Positions 20,235 to 31,443 are shown, numbered from the whole stretch's first letter. The stretch: DNA of 63,760 nucleotides, filler included, from 9 parts of 9 records of this genome joined end to end with filler, not necessarily neighbours in it, one strand, 5' to 3'. Notes: a model not told the origin generated them from the sequence alone. Made by a program: numbers and translations.

Positions 20235-21012
20235 TCTCAGTATCCTCCATATCTTCCGGGCGTGCTTCGAACGGCTCGCCGCCAAATTCTCTTATCATCT
20301 GCCGGATCGCCTCGGCGACTTCATCAAGTACAGCCTCGTCCGTGCCGCGCGCCACCAGCGTCGTGCCGAACCCGCCAGCCCGGTAATAGGGATAGCTGCC
20401 AATCTCGACATCCGGGAAGCGGTCCTGGATTGCGCCAAGCGGAGCAGCGACCGTGCCCTCCCCGATGGTGCAGCTGACGGAGCGGGACTTCATCTTGCTG
20501 CCATGCTTCAGCTTCGGCAGCAGCTCCAGCACCATCGCCTGGAACACGCTCGGCACACCGGCCATGACATGCACATTGCCGATGATGAAGCCCGGCGCGA
20601 CCGAGACAACATTGTCGATCAGCGTGGCCCCTTCCGGGGTCTCCGCCATCTTCTTCCGGGCCTCGTTGAATTCCCGTCCGATGGTCTCGTAATGCGCGGC
20701 CATACGGCGCATCGCTTCGGGATTCCGGATCACCGGCTTGTTGAAGGCGGCCGCAATGGATGCGCAGGTGATGTCGTCATGGGTCGGGCCTATCCCGCCG
20801 GACGTGAAGACATAGGTATAGACCTCCGAGAGCGCGCGGACAGCCGCGACAATCTCCTCCTCCTCGTCTCGCACCACCCGGACTTCGGAAAGCCGGATAC
20901 CGGTTTCGGTCAGTTTCTCGGCGAGAAATCCGAGGTTCTTGTCCTTGGTGCGTCCGGACAGGATTTCGTTACCGATGATGAGGAAGGCGGCTGTGACGGT
21001 TTCGTCTGACAT
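20224..21012 (-). CDS. CinA-like molybdopterin-binding domain protein
   Basis: IIGNEILSG, SGGIGPTHDDIT, MAGVP and IGSYP. Confidence 0.92.
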   Translation of the reverse strand: MSDETVTAAFLIIGNEILSGRTKDKNLGFLAEKLTETGIRLSEVRVVRDEEEEIVAAVRALSEVYTYVFTSGGIGPTHDDITCASIAAAFNKPVIRNPEAMRRMAAHYETIGREFNEARKKMAETPEGATLIDNVVSVAPGFIIGNVHVMAGVPSVFQAMVLELLPKLKHGSKMKSRSVSCTIGEGTVAAPLGAIQDRFPDVEIGSYPYYRAGGFGTTLVARGTDEAVLDEVAEAIRQMIREFGGEPFEARPEDMEDTENAG

Positions 21013-21081
21013 GTGGGACCGGGATTGCTATGACGGATCAGGAATTTAGAACCCCGGAACCATGAGACAACGGACGCCCCG

Positions 21082-21798
21082 ATGCAACTTCCGTCGCCGC
21101 TCTATGAGGGCACGCTGATCCAGCGCTACAAGCGCTTCCTAGCCGATGTCCGTTTCCCCGACGGAACCGAGGTCACGGCACACTGCCCCAATCCGGGCGG
21201 CATGATCGGCCTGAAGGATCCGGGCTCCCGTGTCTGGCTCTCGAAATCGGATAATCCGAAGCGCAAGCTGGCCTATACGTTCGAGCTGATCGAAACCTCC
21301 GGCGGCCTTGTCGGTATCAATACCGGCCATCCGAACGCCATCGTCGAGGAAGCTGTGCGGGACGGCACCATCACCGAACTCTCCGGATACGAAAGCCTCC
21401 GGCGCGAAGTGAAGTATGGCGAGAATTCCCGGATCGATCTCTATCTCGAGGATCCGGTGAAAGGCATTTGCTATGCCGAGGTGAAGAACGTTCACCTGAA
21501 ACGCGACGATGGCCCGAACCCGGGCGCTGCCGAATTTCCGGATGCGGTGACCAAGCGCGGGGCCAAGCATCTGGTCGAACTCGGCAACGAGGTGGCAAAG
21601 GGCAACCGGGCTGTCATGGTCTATCTGGTGCAGCGCATGGATTGCGACAGGTTCTGCCTCGCCGACGATATCGATCCGGGTTATGCGGAAGCACTCAGGG
21701 TCGCGCGCGAGGCCGGTGTCGAGGCGATCTGCTACGACACATCGATCACCACAGAGGCTATTTCCGTCCGCCGCCAGCTCCCCGTTGTCTGGCCCTGA
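21082..21798 (+). CDS. sfsA: DNA/RNA nuclease SfsA
   Basis: [24 protein letters not shown] and [13 protein letters not shown]. Confidence 0.96.
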   Translation: MQLPSPLYEGTLIQRYKRFLADVRFPDGTEVTAHCPNPGGMIGLKDPGSRVWLSKSDNPKRKLAYTFELIETSGGLVGINTGHPNAIVEEAVRDGTITELSGYESLRREVKYGENSRIDLYLEDPVKGICYAEVKNVHLKRDDGPNPGAAEFPDAVTKRGAKHLVELGNEVAKGNRAVMVYLVQRMDCDRFCLADDIDPGYAEALRVAREAGVEAICYDTSITTEAISVRRQLPVVWP

Positions 21799-21905
21799 CG
21801 GCGTTTTCCGGGCTGGATTGACTTGACGCTCGCGCCCTCGGGCCGCATTTATGGCAGACACATTTACTGACATTGCGCGGTTCGTGCCGCGCCATTTGGA
21901 ACAGC

Positions 21906-22724
21906 ATGCAAGATCCGTCACTCGCCCAGGATGAGAATTACCGCGCCATCAAGCTGCATGGCCCGCTTGATTTTCAGGGCATGCGCCAGGCCGGGCGCCT
22001 GGCCGCCGAAACCCTCGATTATCTGACGCCGTACGTGAAACCGGGCATCACTACCGAGGAGCTGGACCGGCTCTGCCATGACTTCATTCTGGAGCATGGC
22101 GCGACACCGGCGCCGCTCGGCTACAAGGGCTTTCCGAAGTCGATCTGCACCTCGATCAACCACGTTGTCTGCCACGGCATTCCTGGCCCCAGGAAGCTGG
22201 AAAACGGCGATATCCTGAATATCGACGTGACGGTCATCCTTAATGGCTGGCACGGCGATACCAGCCGGATGTTTGGCGTCGGCAAGGTTGGCGTAAAGGC
22301 GCGCCGGCTGATGGACATCACCTATGAAAGCCTGATGCGCGGGATCGCCGTGGTAAAGCCGGGCGCGACGCTCGGCGATATCGGCTATGCCATCCAGACC
22401 TATGCCGAGGGCGAACGCTGCTCCGTGGTCCGTGATTTCTGCGGCCATGGCCTCGGCCGCACCTTCCATGCCGCGCCGAGCGTGCTGCACTATGGCGAAA
22501 AAGGCACCGGCCCGGTCCTGCAGGAAGGCATGTTCTTCACCATCGAGCCGATGATCAATGACGGCAAATACGCCGTGAAGATCCTGCCCGATGGCTGGAC
22601 CGCCGTGACCCGCGACCGCTCCCTCTCCGCCCAGTTCGAGCATTCCATCGGCGTGACGGCGGATGGCTGCGAGATCTTCACGGAATCCACCAAGGGCTAT
22701 ACCAAGCCGCCTTACGCGGACTGA
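21906..22724 (+). CDS. map: Methionine aminopeptidase type I
   Basis: CTSINHVVCHGIP, NIDVT, GWHGDTS, CGHGLG, TIEPMI and SAQFEHS. Confidence 0.97.
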   Translation: MQDPSLAQDENYRAIKLHGPLDFQGMRQAGRLAAETLDYLTPYVKPGITTEELDRLCHDFILEHGATPAPLGYKGFPKSICTSINHVVCHGIPGPRKLENGDILNIDVTVILNGWHGDTSRMFGVGKVGVKARRLMDITYESLMRGIAVVKPGATLGDIGYAIQTYAEGERCSVVRDFCGHGLGRTFHAAPSVLHYGEKGTGPVLQEGMFFTIEPMINDGKYAVKILPDGWTAVTRDRSLSAQFEHSIGVTADGCEIFTESTKGYTKPPYAD

Positions 22725-22772
22725 TCTCCTTCCCGGACCAAAAGCCTCCCGGAAAATACGCCTGCCCCTTCC

Positions 22773-23504
22773 ATGATCGTTCCAGTGAGTGATCGAGGGG
22801 AGGCTGTATCCGTGCCACGGGATCTAGTGAGTCCAGACTACAATTCCGGACATCGGCGCCGGCTCCGGGAGCGTTTTCTGAAGTCCGGTCCGGACACTAT
22901 CGCGGATTATGAGCTGCTGGAGCTGGTGCTGTTCCAGTCCCGTCCGCGCGGGGATGTGAAGCCGCTCGCCAAATCCCTGCTGGAACGGTTCGGCAGCTTC
23001 GCCGAAACCATCTCCGCCCCGGTGGAGGATCTGATGAAGGTCCGGGGCGTCGGGGAAAGCACGGCGATTGCGCTCACCAGTGTCCGCGCCGCCGCCGTGA
23101 GGCTGATGCGGGAGGAAGTGCGGGAACGGGCCGTCGTCTCCTCCTGGGGCCAGTTGATCGCCTATTGCCGGGCTGCGATGGGCTTTTCAAAGCGAGAACA
23201 ATTCCGCGTGCTCTTCCTCGACAAGAAAAACCGGATCATGGCAGATGAAGTCCTGCAGGAAGGCACTGTCGATCACACGCCGGTCTATCCCCGCGAAGTC
23301 GTGGCGCGCGCGCTCGATCTCGGCGCGACGGCACTGATCCTCGTACACAACCATCCGAGCGGAGACACCACACCGTCCAAGGCCGATATCGACATGACCG
23401 GCCAAATCCAGCGGGCAGCGTCAACGCTTGGCATCGTGCTGCATGACCACATCATCGTCGGCCGGGCCGCGCATACCAGTTTCAAGGCGCAGGGGCTGCT
23501 TTAG
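22773..23504 (+). CDS. radC: RadC/JAB-domain protein
   Basis: GHRRRLRERF, DYELLE, VYPREV, HNHPSGD and HDHII. The true start may be slightly downstream. Confidence 0.95.
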   Translation: MIVPVSDRGEAVSVPRDLVSPDYNSGHRRRLRERFLKSGPDTIADYELLELVLFQSRPRGDVKPLAKSLLERFGSFAETISAPVEDLMKVRGVGESTAIALTSVRAAAVRLMREEVRERAVVSSWGQLIAYCRAAMGFSKREQFRVLFLDKKNRIMADEVLQEGTVDHTPVYPREVVARALDLGATALILVHNHPSGDTTPSKADIDMTGQIQRAASTLGIVLHDHIIVGRAAHTSFKAQGLL

Positions 23505-23521
23505 GCGTCAAACGCCCCGGG

Positions 23522-24739
23522 TCAACGATGCGCCAGGCGCTTGAGGTTCCAGAGGAAAAAGAAGGCGAGCACAGCCAGCACGCAGGCCAAAGCGAGAGCC
23601 GGGCCCGGGCCGAACCGCTCCAGAATGCCTCCGAACAGAATGGGCGCCGCAGCAAAGGACAGCAGCATCGGCAGAGACAGCCGCGACATCATCATGCCAT
23701 ATGCGCTGGGGTCGAAAAGCTCCAACGGCAGGGTCGAGCGCACGACGTTCAAGACACCGCTCGACAATCCGTAAAAGACGACAAAAACAGCGCCGGCAAT
23801 CCAGCCGTCGGCAACGGCGAGGACCAGGAAGCCGAGCGCCATTAGAACAGCCGCTTCCAGCCCCGTGCGGATTGGCGAGCGCCCACCGGCAAACAGGAAC
23901 TCCATCAAGCGGGCCGTGATCTGGAAAATGCCGATCGAGGCCGCAAGTGCGACGGCTTCCTCGTGCGGAATCCGGAGCGAGACGAAAAGCTCCACAACCA
24001 CGATGGTAAAGCCCCATGTGACGACACCGAGCAGAGAAATCGCGATGGCGAGATTGAGGAACAATATCCGGTCCCGTCGCGACGTCCTCTCAACCGCTGC
24101 CGCGTCGCCACTGTCTGGGCGCTTCTCCCGGCCGACCAGACGGCAAACCAGGAGGTGCAACGGCAGACACAACACACCATGAAGCAGCGCGTAGAGCAAA
24201 TAGGTATCCCGCCAGCCGACCCAGCTTTCCAGCGCAGCACTCATCGGATAACCGAGACTTGAGGACAGGCCGGAAATCAGCATCAGTCCGGCAATCCAGG
24301 GCCGGGCGGAGCGGCCGAGAACCGTCACTAACACCGTATGCGCCGACGTCGTCAGGATGGCAGCGCCAGCGATCCCGACCAGCAGCCAGGCCGCGAAATA
24401 TGTCACAAGCGAATTCGACACGGCCACCATGGACAAGGCAAAGACCATGAACAAAGAGCCAGCCGCCATCAAACGCGCCGCCCCGACCGTTCGATAAAGC
24501 CGTCCGGCGAGCTGGGATGCAAATGCCATCGAGATGAGGAACGCACTGCTCCCCGTGACCGCCTCCGTCAGCGTGATTGAGAGTTCATCCGCAATTGGCC
24601 GGGCGAGAATCGCATGCGTGCTGTAGGTGGAGGCCCAGCCAAACAATTGAGTAACGGCAAAGGCCGCAACGATCCCGCTGCGTCTGAGCCGTTCTTTCAA
24701 CTCGGATTCCCCGGAACCAGCAGCTCCGTCGGAGCTCAT
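23522..24739 (-). CDS. MFS transporter
   Basis: About 12 TM segments; ATG 24739 overlaps the upstream MFS stop (ATGA). Confidence 0.88.
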   Translation of the reverse strand: MSSDGAAGSGESELKERLRRSGIVAAFAVTQLFGWASTYSTHAILARPIADELSITLTEAVTGSSAFLISMAFASQLAGRLYRTVGAARLMAAGSLFMVFALSMVAVSNSLVTYFAAWLLVGIAGAAILTTSAHTVLVTVLGRSARPWIAGLMLISGLSSSLGYPMSAALESWVGWRDTYLLYALLHGVLCLPLHLLVCRLVGREKRPDSGDAAAVERTSRRDRILFLNLAIAISLLGVVTWGFTIVVVELFVSLRIPHEEAVALAASIGIFQITARLMEFLFAGGRSPIRTGLEAAVLMALGFLVLAVADGWIAGAVFVVFYGLSSGVLNVVRSTLPLELFDPSAYGMMMSRLSLPMLLSFAAAPILFGGILERFGPGPALALACVLAVLAFFFLWNLKRLAHR

Positions 24740-26058
24740 CGTGCGGTCTTCCCCACTTCCCGAATGAAGCAGGCCGCCGCAACGCCGGCCAAACAGCACC
24801 AGGGCAGGACCTGAAGGGCGAAGCCGAACGTATCCAGGGAATAGACCCGTGCGCCGTCCACCATCCGGCCGTCCCAGGTCAAATCGAGCAGATAGCCAAT
24901 GCTTGGTTGCAGCACGGCACCGCTCCCGACCACGAAGCTGTTGATGATGCCAAGTGTTGCGCTATTGGCCCAGGGCGGATTGTGCTCCCGCGCCACGGCG
25001 AAACTGAGGACCATGGTCGAAGAGCCAGCCCCCTGCAGTGCCAATACCGCGTATAACAACGGCAGTGGCATGGCCGGGAACAGTACAATCAACGCTATCC
25101 CCGTTGTCGCGAGCAAGCCACCCATCACCATGAATGGCCGGCGCTTGCCGAGTTTGTCCGAAAGCCAGCCACTGAGAGGTGCCCCGGCTCCCCAGCCGAA
25201 GAACATGACGGATGCCAAAGCCGCTGCTTCAGGCTTGTCCAGACCACGCGCTTCCATGAAGAACGGCACTCCCCAGAGACCGCCGAATGCGAGCATCGAT
25301 CCAGTCATACCGACGCCGAAGGTCGCCGCCAGCCAGGTCTGGCCATTACTGAGCGCACGCTTCAGTCCCTCAAGCAGTGGCCGTGACGGCTCCGCTCCGC
25401 CAGATGGTTTGTCCCGCACGGTGAGAAACAGGCAAATCGTCAAGGCAACACCGCCCATTGCGACCCACCAGTTTGTTTCGCGCCAGCCGATCTGCTCCAC
25501 CGCATAGCCGAACGGTCCCTGCCCCAGCACTCCGCCAAGCACGCCGAGCATCTGCGCGAGGCCGCCAAGCAGGGCAAACCGTCCCGGAAACCAGATAGCC
25601 GCCACCGACAGCGCGGCAACGAAACTGCAGGCACAGCCCAGACCGATCAAAAATCGCCCGACATACGCCATCCAGAGCGTGTCGGCCCCGGCAAAGACCA
25701 ATACTCCGACCGTACAGACTGCCGCGGCACCGCTCGCAAGACGGCGCGCGCCAAACCGGTCAATGGCAACACCGATGGGAATCTGGATGCTGGCATAGAC
25801 GTAAAAATAAACCGCCGAGAGGTTCCCGAGAACCGCGCCACCCACCGCGAATTCCCGCATCAGGTCATCGACCATCACCGATGGCGACACCCGAAGCACG
25901 AAAGCGTAAAGAAAAAATACCGAGGCAAACAGCCAACCGGCAAGCAGCAGCGCACGTGATGGCGAGAGATGCAATGTCTTGGCTTCGGCGGTCACGTGGC
26001 AGACTCCGGTAACGAAACGTTCGCCAATCTCAGTGGCATGGGCCATAGCCACGGTCAA
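24736..26058 (-). CDS. MFS transporter
   Basis: MFS motif A twice (GVAIDRFGARR, GWLSDKLGKRR). The true start is probably near 25995. Confidence 0.92.
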   Translation of the reverse strand: MTVAMAHATEIGERFVTGVCHVTAEAKTLHLSPSRALLLAGWLFASVFFLYAFVLRVSPSVMVDDLMREFAVGGAVLGNLSAVYFYVYASIQIPIGVAIDRFGARRLASGAAAVCTVGVLVFAGADTLWMAYVGRFLIGLGCACSFVAALSVAAIWFPGRFALLGGLAQMLGVLGGVLGQGPFGYAVEQIGWRETNWWVAMGGVALTICLFLTVRDKPSGGAEPSRPLLEGLKRALSNGQTWLAATFGVGMTGSMLAFGGLWGVPFFMEARGLDKPEAAALASVMFFGWGAGAPLSGWLSDKLGKRRPFMVMGGLLATTGIALIVLFPAMPLPLLYAVLALQGAGSSTMVLSFAVAREHNPPWANSATLGIINSFVVGSGAVLQPSIGYLLDLTWDGRMVDGARVYSLDTFGFALQVLPWCCLAGVAAACFIREVGKTAR

Positions 26059-26296
26059 TCATTCCGCGAGGCAGAACTGCCGCATTAAATTGTCATCAGT
26101 GGCGCCGCGCGTCACACTTCTCTCTCAACACCGGAGGCTTCATGCAGAATAACAGCGAGACTATCGGCACAGCCCCCGTAGAGCAGCCGCCAGCACAACA
26201 ATAACGCGTAGGCCTGCACACTAAACGTTAAGATTCACACTTTATAATTTACCTTGAACCGCTTTAACAAAGCTTCAGCAGAATCTGACCGAGACC

Positions 26297-28813
26297 ATGG
26301 AAGCAAACGTTACGGACCATCACATATTTTCGTCCGTGATCGAAAATGTGAGCCAGGGCCTCAGTTACTTCGATCAGAACCTCAATCTGGTTGTCTGTAA
26401 CCGACGTTATCTTGATCTGCTTGGTTTCCCGCATGAGATGGGAACTCCGGGCACACCGATTACCGCATTCTTCCGGCTTAATGCAGAGCGCGGCGAATAC
26501 GGCCCCGGAGAGATCGAAGATCTTGTGAATGAGCGGCTTGCACTGGTGCGCCAGACAGAAGCACACAGCTTCGAACGCGAACGGCCGGATGGTACGATCC
26601 TGCGTATTAAAGGCACCCCCATCTCCGGCGGCGGGTTCGTCACGACCTACGATGATATTACCCAGCTTCGGAGATCCCAGCAGGCGCTTGAACACTCGAA
26701 CGATCGGCTGGATGAGCTTATCTGGGAGCGCACAGCCCGGCTGCAAAAACGGGAAAACGATCTCTCAGCCCAAACCAAAGCTCTCGAGACCATCCTTGAA
26801 GCGGTGAATTACGGCATTACGCTGTTCGATCGTGAATTAAAGCTGGTGGCAGCGAACCGTCAAACCTTCGACATGATGGATCTTCCCCAGGAATTGAACC
26901 GGCCAGGAACACCATTTGAGGACATCACCCGGATTCTGGCCACGCGCGGCGAATACGGCAAAGGCGATGTAGAGAAACAAGTCCAAGAACGGGTCGCCCT
27001 GGCTAAAAAATTCGAGCACCTTCGCTACACCCGGGAACACTCAAACGGTAATATCTACGAGATCTGGAACCGGCCGGTCGAGGGCGGGTTCGTAATCACG
27101 ATTGTCGACGTCACGGAGCAGAAACAACAGGAAACTCTCCTGCGCGCAAATAACGAAGAACTCGCCGAGAAATCCTTAGCTCTCGAAACCATCCTGGAAG
27201 CGGTCAGCTACGGCATCTCGCTGTTCGACAAGAACCTCAACCTGGTCGCCGCGAATCCGCAGGCGTTCAACCTGATGGCCGTCCCGCACCATTTCAATCA
27301 ACCGGGCCGTCACTTCACCGAATTCCTGCGCTATCAGGCTGCAATGGGTGAATTCGGGGAAGGCGACATCGACGAGATTGTCGAGCGCCATGCCGCAGCG
27401 GCCGCCCGGCCCGAATCATATACCTCGATCAGGCAACGCCGGGACGGAACAATCGTCGAGGTAAATCGCCGCCCCATCGAGAACGGATTCGTCGCGACCT
27501 ATCGGGATGTCACCGATGAAAAACGGCTTGAAGCCCTGCTCCGCTCAACAAACGAAGAGCTGGAAAAGCGGGTAGAGGAACGCACGTCCGAGCTGAACAA
27601 CCAATTACGTGAAACAGAACGCGCTGAAGCGGAAATGCGGGAGGCGAAGAGCCGGGCTGAACATGCAGACAGGGCAAAATCGGATTTTCTGGCGCGCATG
27701 AGCCACGAAATCCGCACGCCCCTGAACGGTGTCATCGGTCTCAATCGCATTCTGGCGGATACAAACCTGACTGAAAGGCAGGCAGATATCGTTGCCAAGG
27801 TTCGCTCATCTTCGGATGCACTGCTGAACATCGTGAATGACGTCCTTGATTTTGCAAAAATCGAGGCCGGTCAACTCGACATCGAAGAAATCCCCTTCAA
27901 ACTGAGTGATGTTCTGGAGAGTGTCACATCCATCACCGCACCGCGCGCGGAGGAAAAGAAGCTCTCCTTTGAAGTGATTTCCAATGGAACCGAGGACATG
28001 CAATTCCTCGGAGATCCGTTCCATATCGGCCAGATCCTGACCAATTTTTGCGGTAACGCCGTGAAGTTCACCGATACCGGTTATGTTCGACTGACTGTGA
28101 CATCCGAGCCTGAAAAAGATGGCGCCAGACATGTCCGGTTTTCCGTATCGGATAGCGGGATAGGTATGGAGCAGGATATCGCAGAACGGATCTTTATTCC
28201 TTTCCATCAGGCGGATGCATCGACAACACGCCGGTTTGGCGGGACAGGTCTCGGGCTTGCCATCTGCCGGGACCTCGCACAGTCAATGAATGGAGAAGTG
28301 GGGGTCGAGAGCCAACCGGATCACGGCAGCACATTTCATCTCGAACTGCCCTTGCGGCCGCTTACTGATGAAAGCGCCATCCCCCTAAACGCCGGCCGTG
28401 ACTGGCGCGCGGAGTGCAATGGCCTCCAGGTCCTGCTGGTGGAAGACAATGCGATCAACCGTGAAATCGCAACAATCCTGCTTGAAGGCGCCGGTATCAC
28501 CGTGACATCCGCCGAGCATGGCGGGGAAGCGGTTGATATAATGTTGTCCGATACGCCGCCGGGCATCGATGCTGTTCTGATGGATCTGCAAATGCCGGTG
28601 ATGGATGGTCACGAGGCAACTCAGCGCATTCTGGCCGATCCCAGACATCATGACCTCAAGATCATCGCACTGACCGCCCACGCGGTCGCCGAAGAGATCG
28701 AAAAATGCCGGGCCGAAGGCATGTGCGGGCATATAACCAAGCCTTTCGAGCCCGACACCCTATTCCGGCATTTGGCCGAGTGTTGTGGCTGCTCCAGCCC
28801 GGGTTGCTGCTAA
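26297..28813 (+). CDS. Cytoplasmic hybrid histidine kinase: 3x PAS, HisKA, HATPase, REC
   Basis: H-box [33 protein letters not shown]; receiver LLVEDN and [10 protein letters not shown]; no TM segments. Confidence 0.95.
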   Translation: MEANVTDHHIFSSVIENVSQGLSYFDQNLNLVVCNRRYLDLLGFPHEMGTPGTPITAFFRLNAERGEYGPGEIEDLVNERLALVRQTEAHSFERERPDGTILRIKGTPISGGGFVTTYDDITQLRRSQQALEHSNDRLDELIWERTARLQKRENDLSAQTKALETILEAVNYGITLFDRELKLVAANRQTFDMMDLPQELNRPGTPFEDITRILATRGEYGKGDVEKQVQERVALAKKFEHLRYTREHSNGNIYEIWNRPVEGGFVITIVDVTEQKQQETLLRANNEELAEKSLALETILEAVSYGISLFDKNLNLVAANPQAFNLMAVPHHFNQPGRHFTEFLRYQAAMGEFGEGDIDEIVERHAAAAARPESYTSIRQRRDGTIVEVNRRPIENGFVATYRDVTDEKRLEALLRSTNEELEKRVEERTSELNNQLRETERAEAEMREAKSRAEHADRAKSDFLARMSHEIRTPLNGVIGLNRILADTNLTERQADIVAKVRSSSDALLNIVNDVLDFAKIEAGQLDIEEIPFKLSDVLESVTSITAPRAEEKKLSFEVISNGTEDMQFLGDPFHIGQILTNFCGNAVKFTDTGYVRLTVTSEPEKDGARHVRFSVSDSGIGMEQDIAERIFIPFHQADASTTRRFGGTGLGLAICRDLAQSMNGEVGVESQPDHGSTFHLELPLRPLTDESAIPLNAGRDWRAECNGLQVLLVEDNAINREIATILLEGAGITVTSAEHGGEAVDIMLSDTPPGIDAVLMDLQMPVMDGHEATQRILADPRHHDLKIIALTAHAVAEEIEKCRAEGMCGHITKPFEPDTLFRHLAECCGCSSPGCC

Positions 28814-29070
28814 ACGGTTATATCGAGAATAGAACCCCGGGGCAGATCGGCACTGACCTCTTCAAGAGGAATGGCTCTCTGGCGCTGCGGGGTGCGTTGA
28901 CCCGCATTTGGGTCCGTACTGCTCAGTTCCTGCGCGAAACGGCTGGTTGCCGGATCCAGGGACTGGTCAGCATTCCGCCGCCCCTCAACCCCACCGGGTT
29001 GTGCCGGAACCTGTCTCTGCCCGGCCGGAACCGGTATCAGAGGAACGTTATTTATCGGACCAATAGCCAT
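28810..29070 (-). CDS. Small hypothetical protein ending [10 protein letters not shown]
   Basis: Low-complexity body with a short ordered C-terminal motif; its stop overlaps the kinase stop. Confidence 0.65.
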   Translation of the reverse strand: MAIGPINNVPLIPVPAGQRQVPAQPGGVEGRRNADQSLDPATSRFAQELSSTDPNAGQRTPQRQRAIPLEEVSADLPRGSILDITV

Positions 29071-29158
29071 ACCAACCCTGATCACTCAGGCCGGTCTCCA
29101 GTCGGTATTCTGACGGAAACCGGTCAAATAATCCATCACCCTCATGGTGTGTGAATTA

Positions 29159-29210
29159 TTTATATTGGATTTTAGATAAATATGTCAATTATGCATGAAA
29201 TAATTCATGC
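29159..29210 (-). promoter_or_regulatory. Sigma70-like promoter with an upstream inverted repeat
   Basis: TTGACA-N18-TATAAA (29188 to 29159); GCATGAA-N4-TTCATGC at 29193-29210. Confidence 0.55.
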
Positions 29211-29245
29211 CTCGGAGCACATCGTTTCTCAATCAGCTCAATCAT

Positions 29246-29491
29246 TCAACTCCGGTCTTCGGGCGGTAATGCTTTATTCTTCAAGGATTTGACAAATCCC
29301 ACCGGATCCTGGAGGGGGTCATGCTCCGCCGCCGCATCCCGCATGGACTCGCTGAGATGCCGCCCGGCATTTTCCAGTTTTGGCTTCGCCCGGACATAAA
29401 CTTCCGATGCCATGTCCGTCGCGCGCTGCTGCACCTCCGGATTTTGCATGATCCGCCGGGCCGCTTCCCAGATGAGACGTTTACCGATCAT
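29246..29491 (-). CDS. Hypothetical protein
   Basis: 81 aa; GGAG RBS; follows the aldolase gene on the same strand. Confidence 0.7.
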   Translation of the reverse strand: MIGKRLIWEAARRIMQNPEVQQRATDMASEVYVRAKPKLENAGRHLSESMRDAAAEHDPLQDPVGFVKSLKNKALPPEDRS

Positions 29492-29521
29492 TGAACAGCT
29501 CCCTACCCTACCGACATGGGG

Positions 29522-30193
29522 TCAACGCCCACCATATCCAGTAACACCGAATTTTTGCGCGACCTTTTCGATCTCTTCATCCGGAAGGATCGCCGGCTGA
29601 CCGATCTGCAAAGCCCGCCAGTACATCGCGGCAAGGGTTTCCGCTTCCTGGGTCAACGCCAATCCGCGCTCCAGGTTAGGACCCAGCACGATCAGGCCGT
29701 GATTCCCCAGCAGACAGGCCTTGCGGCCGTCCAGCGCCGTCAGCGCATGGTCGGATAGCTCCTGCGTGCCATAGGTGGCATAGGGCGCGCACCGGATCGT
29801 CGGGCCTCCGAACAGGGCAATCATGTAATGGAAAGCCGGAATTTCCCGATGCAGGCAAGCCAAGGTGGTCGAGAACATACCGTGGGTATGGACGATGGCC
29901 CCCGCATCCGGGCGGGCCCGCATGATATCGAGATGGAAACGCCATTCACTGGACGGCTTATGCTTCCCCGTCACATTCCCTTCCAGATCCATTCGCACGA
30001 TGTCTTCTGGCGACAGCCTGTCATAGCGGATGCTGGACGGCGTCATGAAGAAGCCTTCAGCCGGGTCTTCCCCGCAACGCACGCTGACATTACCGGATGT
30101 GCCCTGGTTCAGGCCCATCGCATTCATGTTCAGGCAGGTATCGATGACTTCCTGCCTGAGAGTGCGCTCAGCCTTGCTGATTTTCACAGTCAT
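29522..30193 (-). CDS. Class II aldolase (FucA/Ald2-like; probable methylthio- or deoxy-ribulose-1-P aldolase)
   Basis: GTSGNVS, PSSEWRFH, HTH, IPAFHYM and NHG; TAATG overlap with mtnA. Confidence 0.9.
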   Translation of the reverse strand: MTVKISKAERTLRQEVIDTCLNMNAMGLNQGTSGNVSVRCGEDPAEGFFMTPSSIRYDRLSPEDIVRMDLEGNVTGKHKPSSEWRFHLDIMRARPDAGAIVHTHGMFSTTLACLHREIPAFHYMIALFGGPTIRCAPYATYGTQELSDHALTALDGRKACLLGNHGLIVLGPNLERGLALTQEAETLAAMYWRALQIGQPAILPDEEIEKVAQKFGVTGYGGR

Positions 30194-31302
30194 TAATCCT
30201 CACCTGCCTGACGCATTTCCGGGAACAGCCGCAGCAGCCCCTCCTCACTCGGCTCCGCGAGACCGCGTTCCGTTAGCAAACCGGTTACAAGACGCGCCGG
30301 TGTCACATCGAAGGCCGGGTTCGCCGCCTTGCTCGTCTCCGGCGTGATCGTCACCGTGGCGACCTTACCGTCCGCAAGGCGCCCGGTGATTTCCGTCACC
30401 TCCCGGGCATCACGCTCCTCGATCGGAATGTCCCGCACCCCGTCTGCAATAGTCCAGTCGATGGTCGGAGACGGCAGGCCGACATAGAACGGCACGCCGT
30501 TATCGTGGGCGGCCAGCGCCTTCAGATAAGTGCCGATCTTGTTGCAGACATCGCCTGCACGCGTGGTCCGGTCAGTGCCGGTAATCACCAGATCGACCAT
30601 GCCATGCTGCATGTAATGGCCGCCCGCATTATCGACGATGACCGTATGCGGCACACCGTGATTGCCCAGCTCCCAAGCGGTCAGGCTGGCGCCCTGGTTG
30701 CGTGGCCGGGTCTCGTCCACCCAGACATGAACAGGAATGCCCGCATCGTGCGCCAGATAGATCGGCGCGGTCGCCGTGCCCCAATCCACCGTCGCCAGCC
30801 AGCCGGCATTGCAGTGGGTCAGCACATTGATGGTCTCGCCCGGTTTTTTGCTGGACTGGATATCCTTGATCACCGCAAGACCGGCCTCGCCGATGGAGCG
30901 GTTGATCTCCACATCCTCGTCGCAGATTTCTCCCGCCAGCGCAAAAGCGGCATCCGCCCGCGCATCCGGCGCCAGAGGGCCCAGTTTGGTCCGGGCGGCA
31001 TCCAGCGCCCAGCGCAAATTGACCGCCGTTGGACGGGTTTCGTAGAGACGCTCGTAGGCATTCGACAAGCCAGCGTCGGAGACATCCTCGCGCATGGCCA
31101 ACCACATGCCATAAGCGGCCGTCGCTCCGATCAGCGGCGCCCCACGCACCAGCATCGCCTTGATCGCATAGGCCGCGTCTTTCAGCGTCTCCAGCCGGGC
31201 AATCTCGAACCGGTGCGGCAATTTCGTCTGGTCGATAATCTCCACCGCATTGCCATCCGGCGCCGGCCAGATCGTGCGATGCGGCTTGCCGTCGATCTTC
31301 AT
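30193..31302 (-). CDS. mtnA: S-methyl-5-thioribose-1-phosphate isomerase
   Basis: [43 protein letters not shown] and NPAFDVTP. Confidence 0.97.
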   Translation of the reverse strand: MKIDGKPHRTIWPAPDGNAVEIIDQTKLPHRFEIARLETLKDAAYAIKAMLVRGAPLIGATAAYGMWLAMREDVSDAGLSNAYERLYETRPTAVNLRWALDAARTKLGPLAPDARADAAFALAGEICDEDVEINRSIGEAGLAVIKDIQSSKKPGETINVLTHCNAGWLATVDWGTATAPIYLAHDAGIPVHVWVDETRPRNQGASLTAWELGNHGVPHTVIVDNAGGHYMQHGMVDLVITGTDRTTRAGDVCNKIGTYLKALAAHDNGVPFYVGLPSPTIDWTIADGVRDIPIEERDAREVTEITGRLADGKVATVTITPETSKAANPAFDVTPARLVTGLLTERGLAEPSEEGLLRLFPEMRQAGED

Positions 31303-31443
31303 GAGCTCGCTCCCTCTTGAACCTTCATCTGAACTGTCCGCCCGCAGCGTGACTCACAGCGGCGGCAATGATAAAACCCCGCCTGTCCGATTGCCATCCC
31401 GCATTCGGGCACCAACGCACGCACCTGTCACCCGAGGACAAAT

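Noticed and set aside
22773-23504. radC as a marker of a mobile element
   Set aside because: It is the full-length form in a housekeeping sfsA-map-radC context, with no integrase or transposase nearby.
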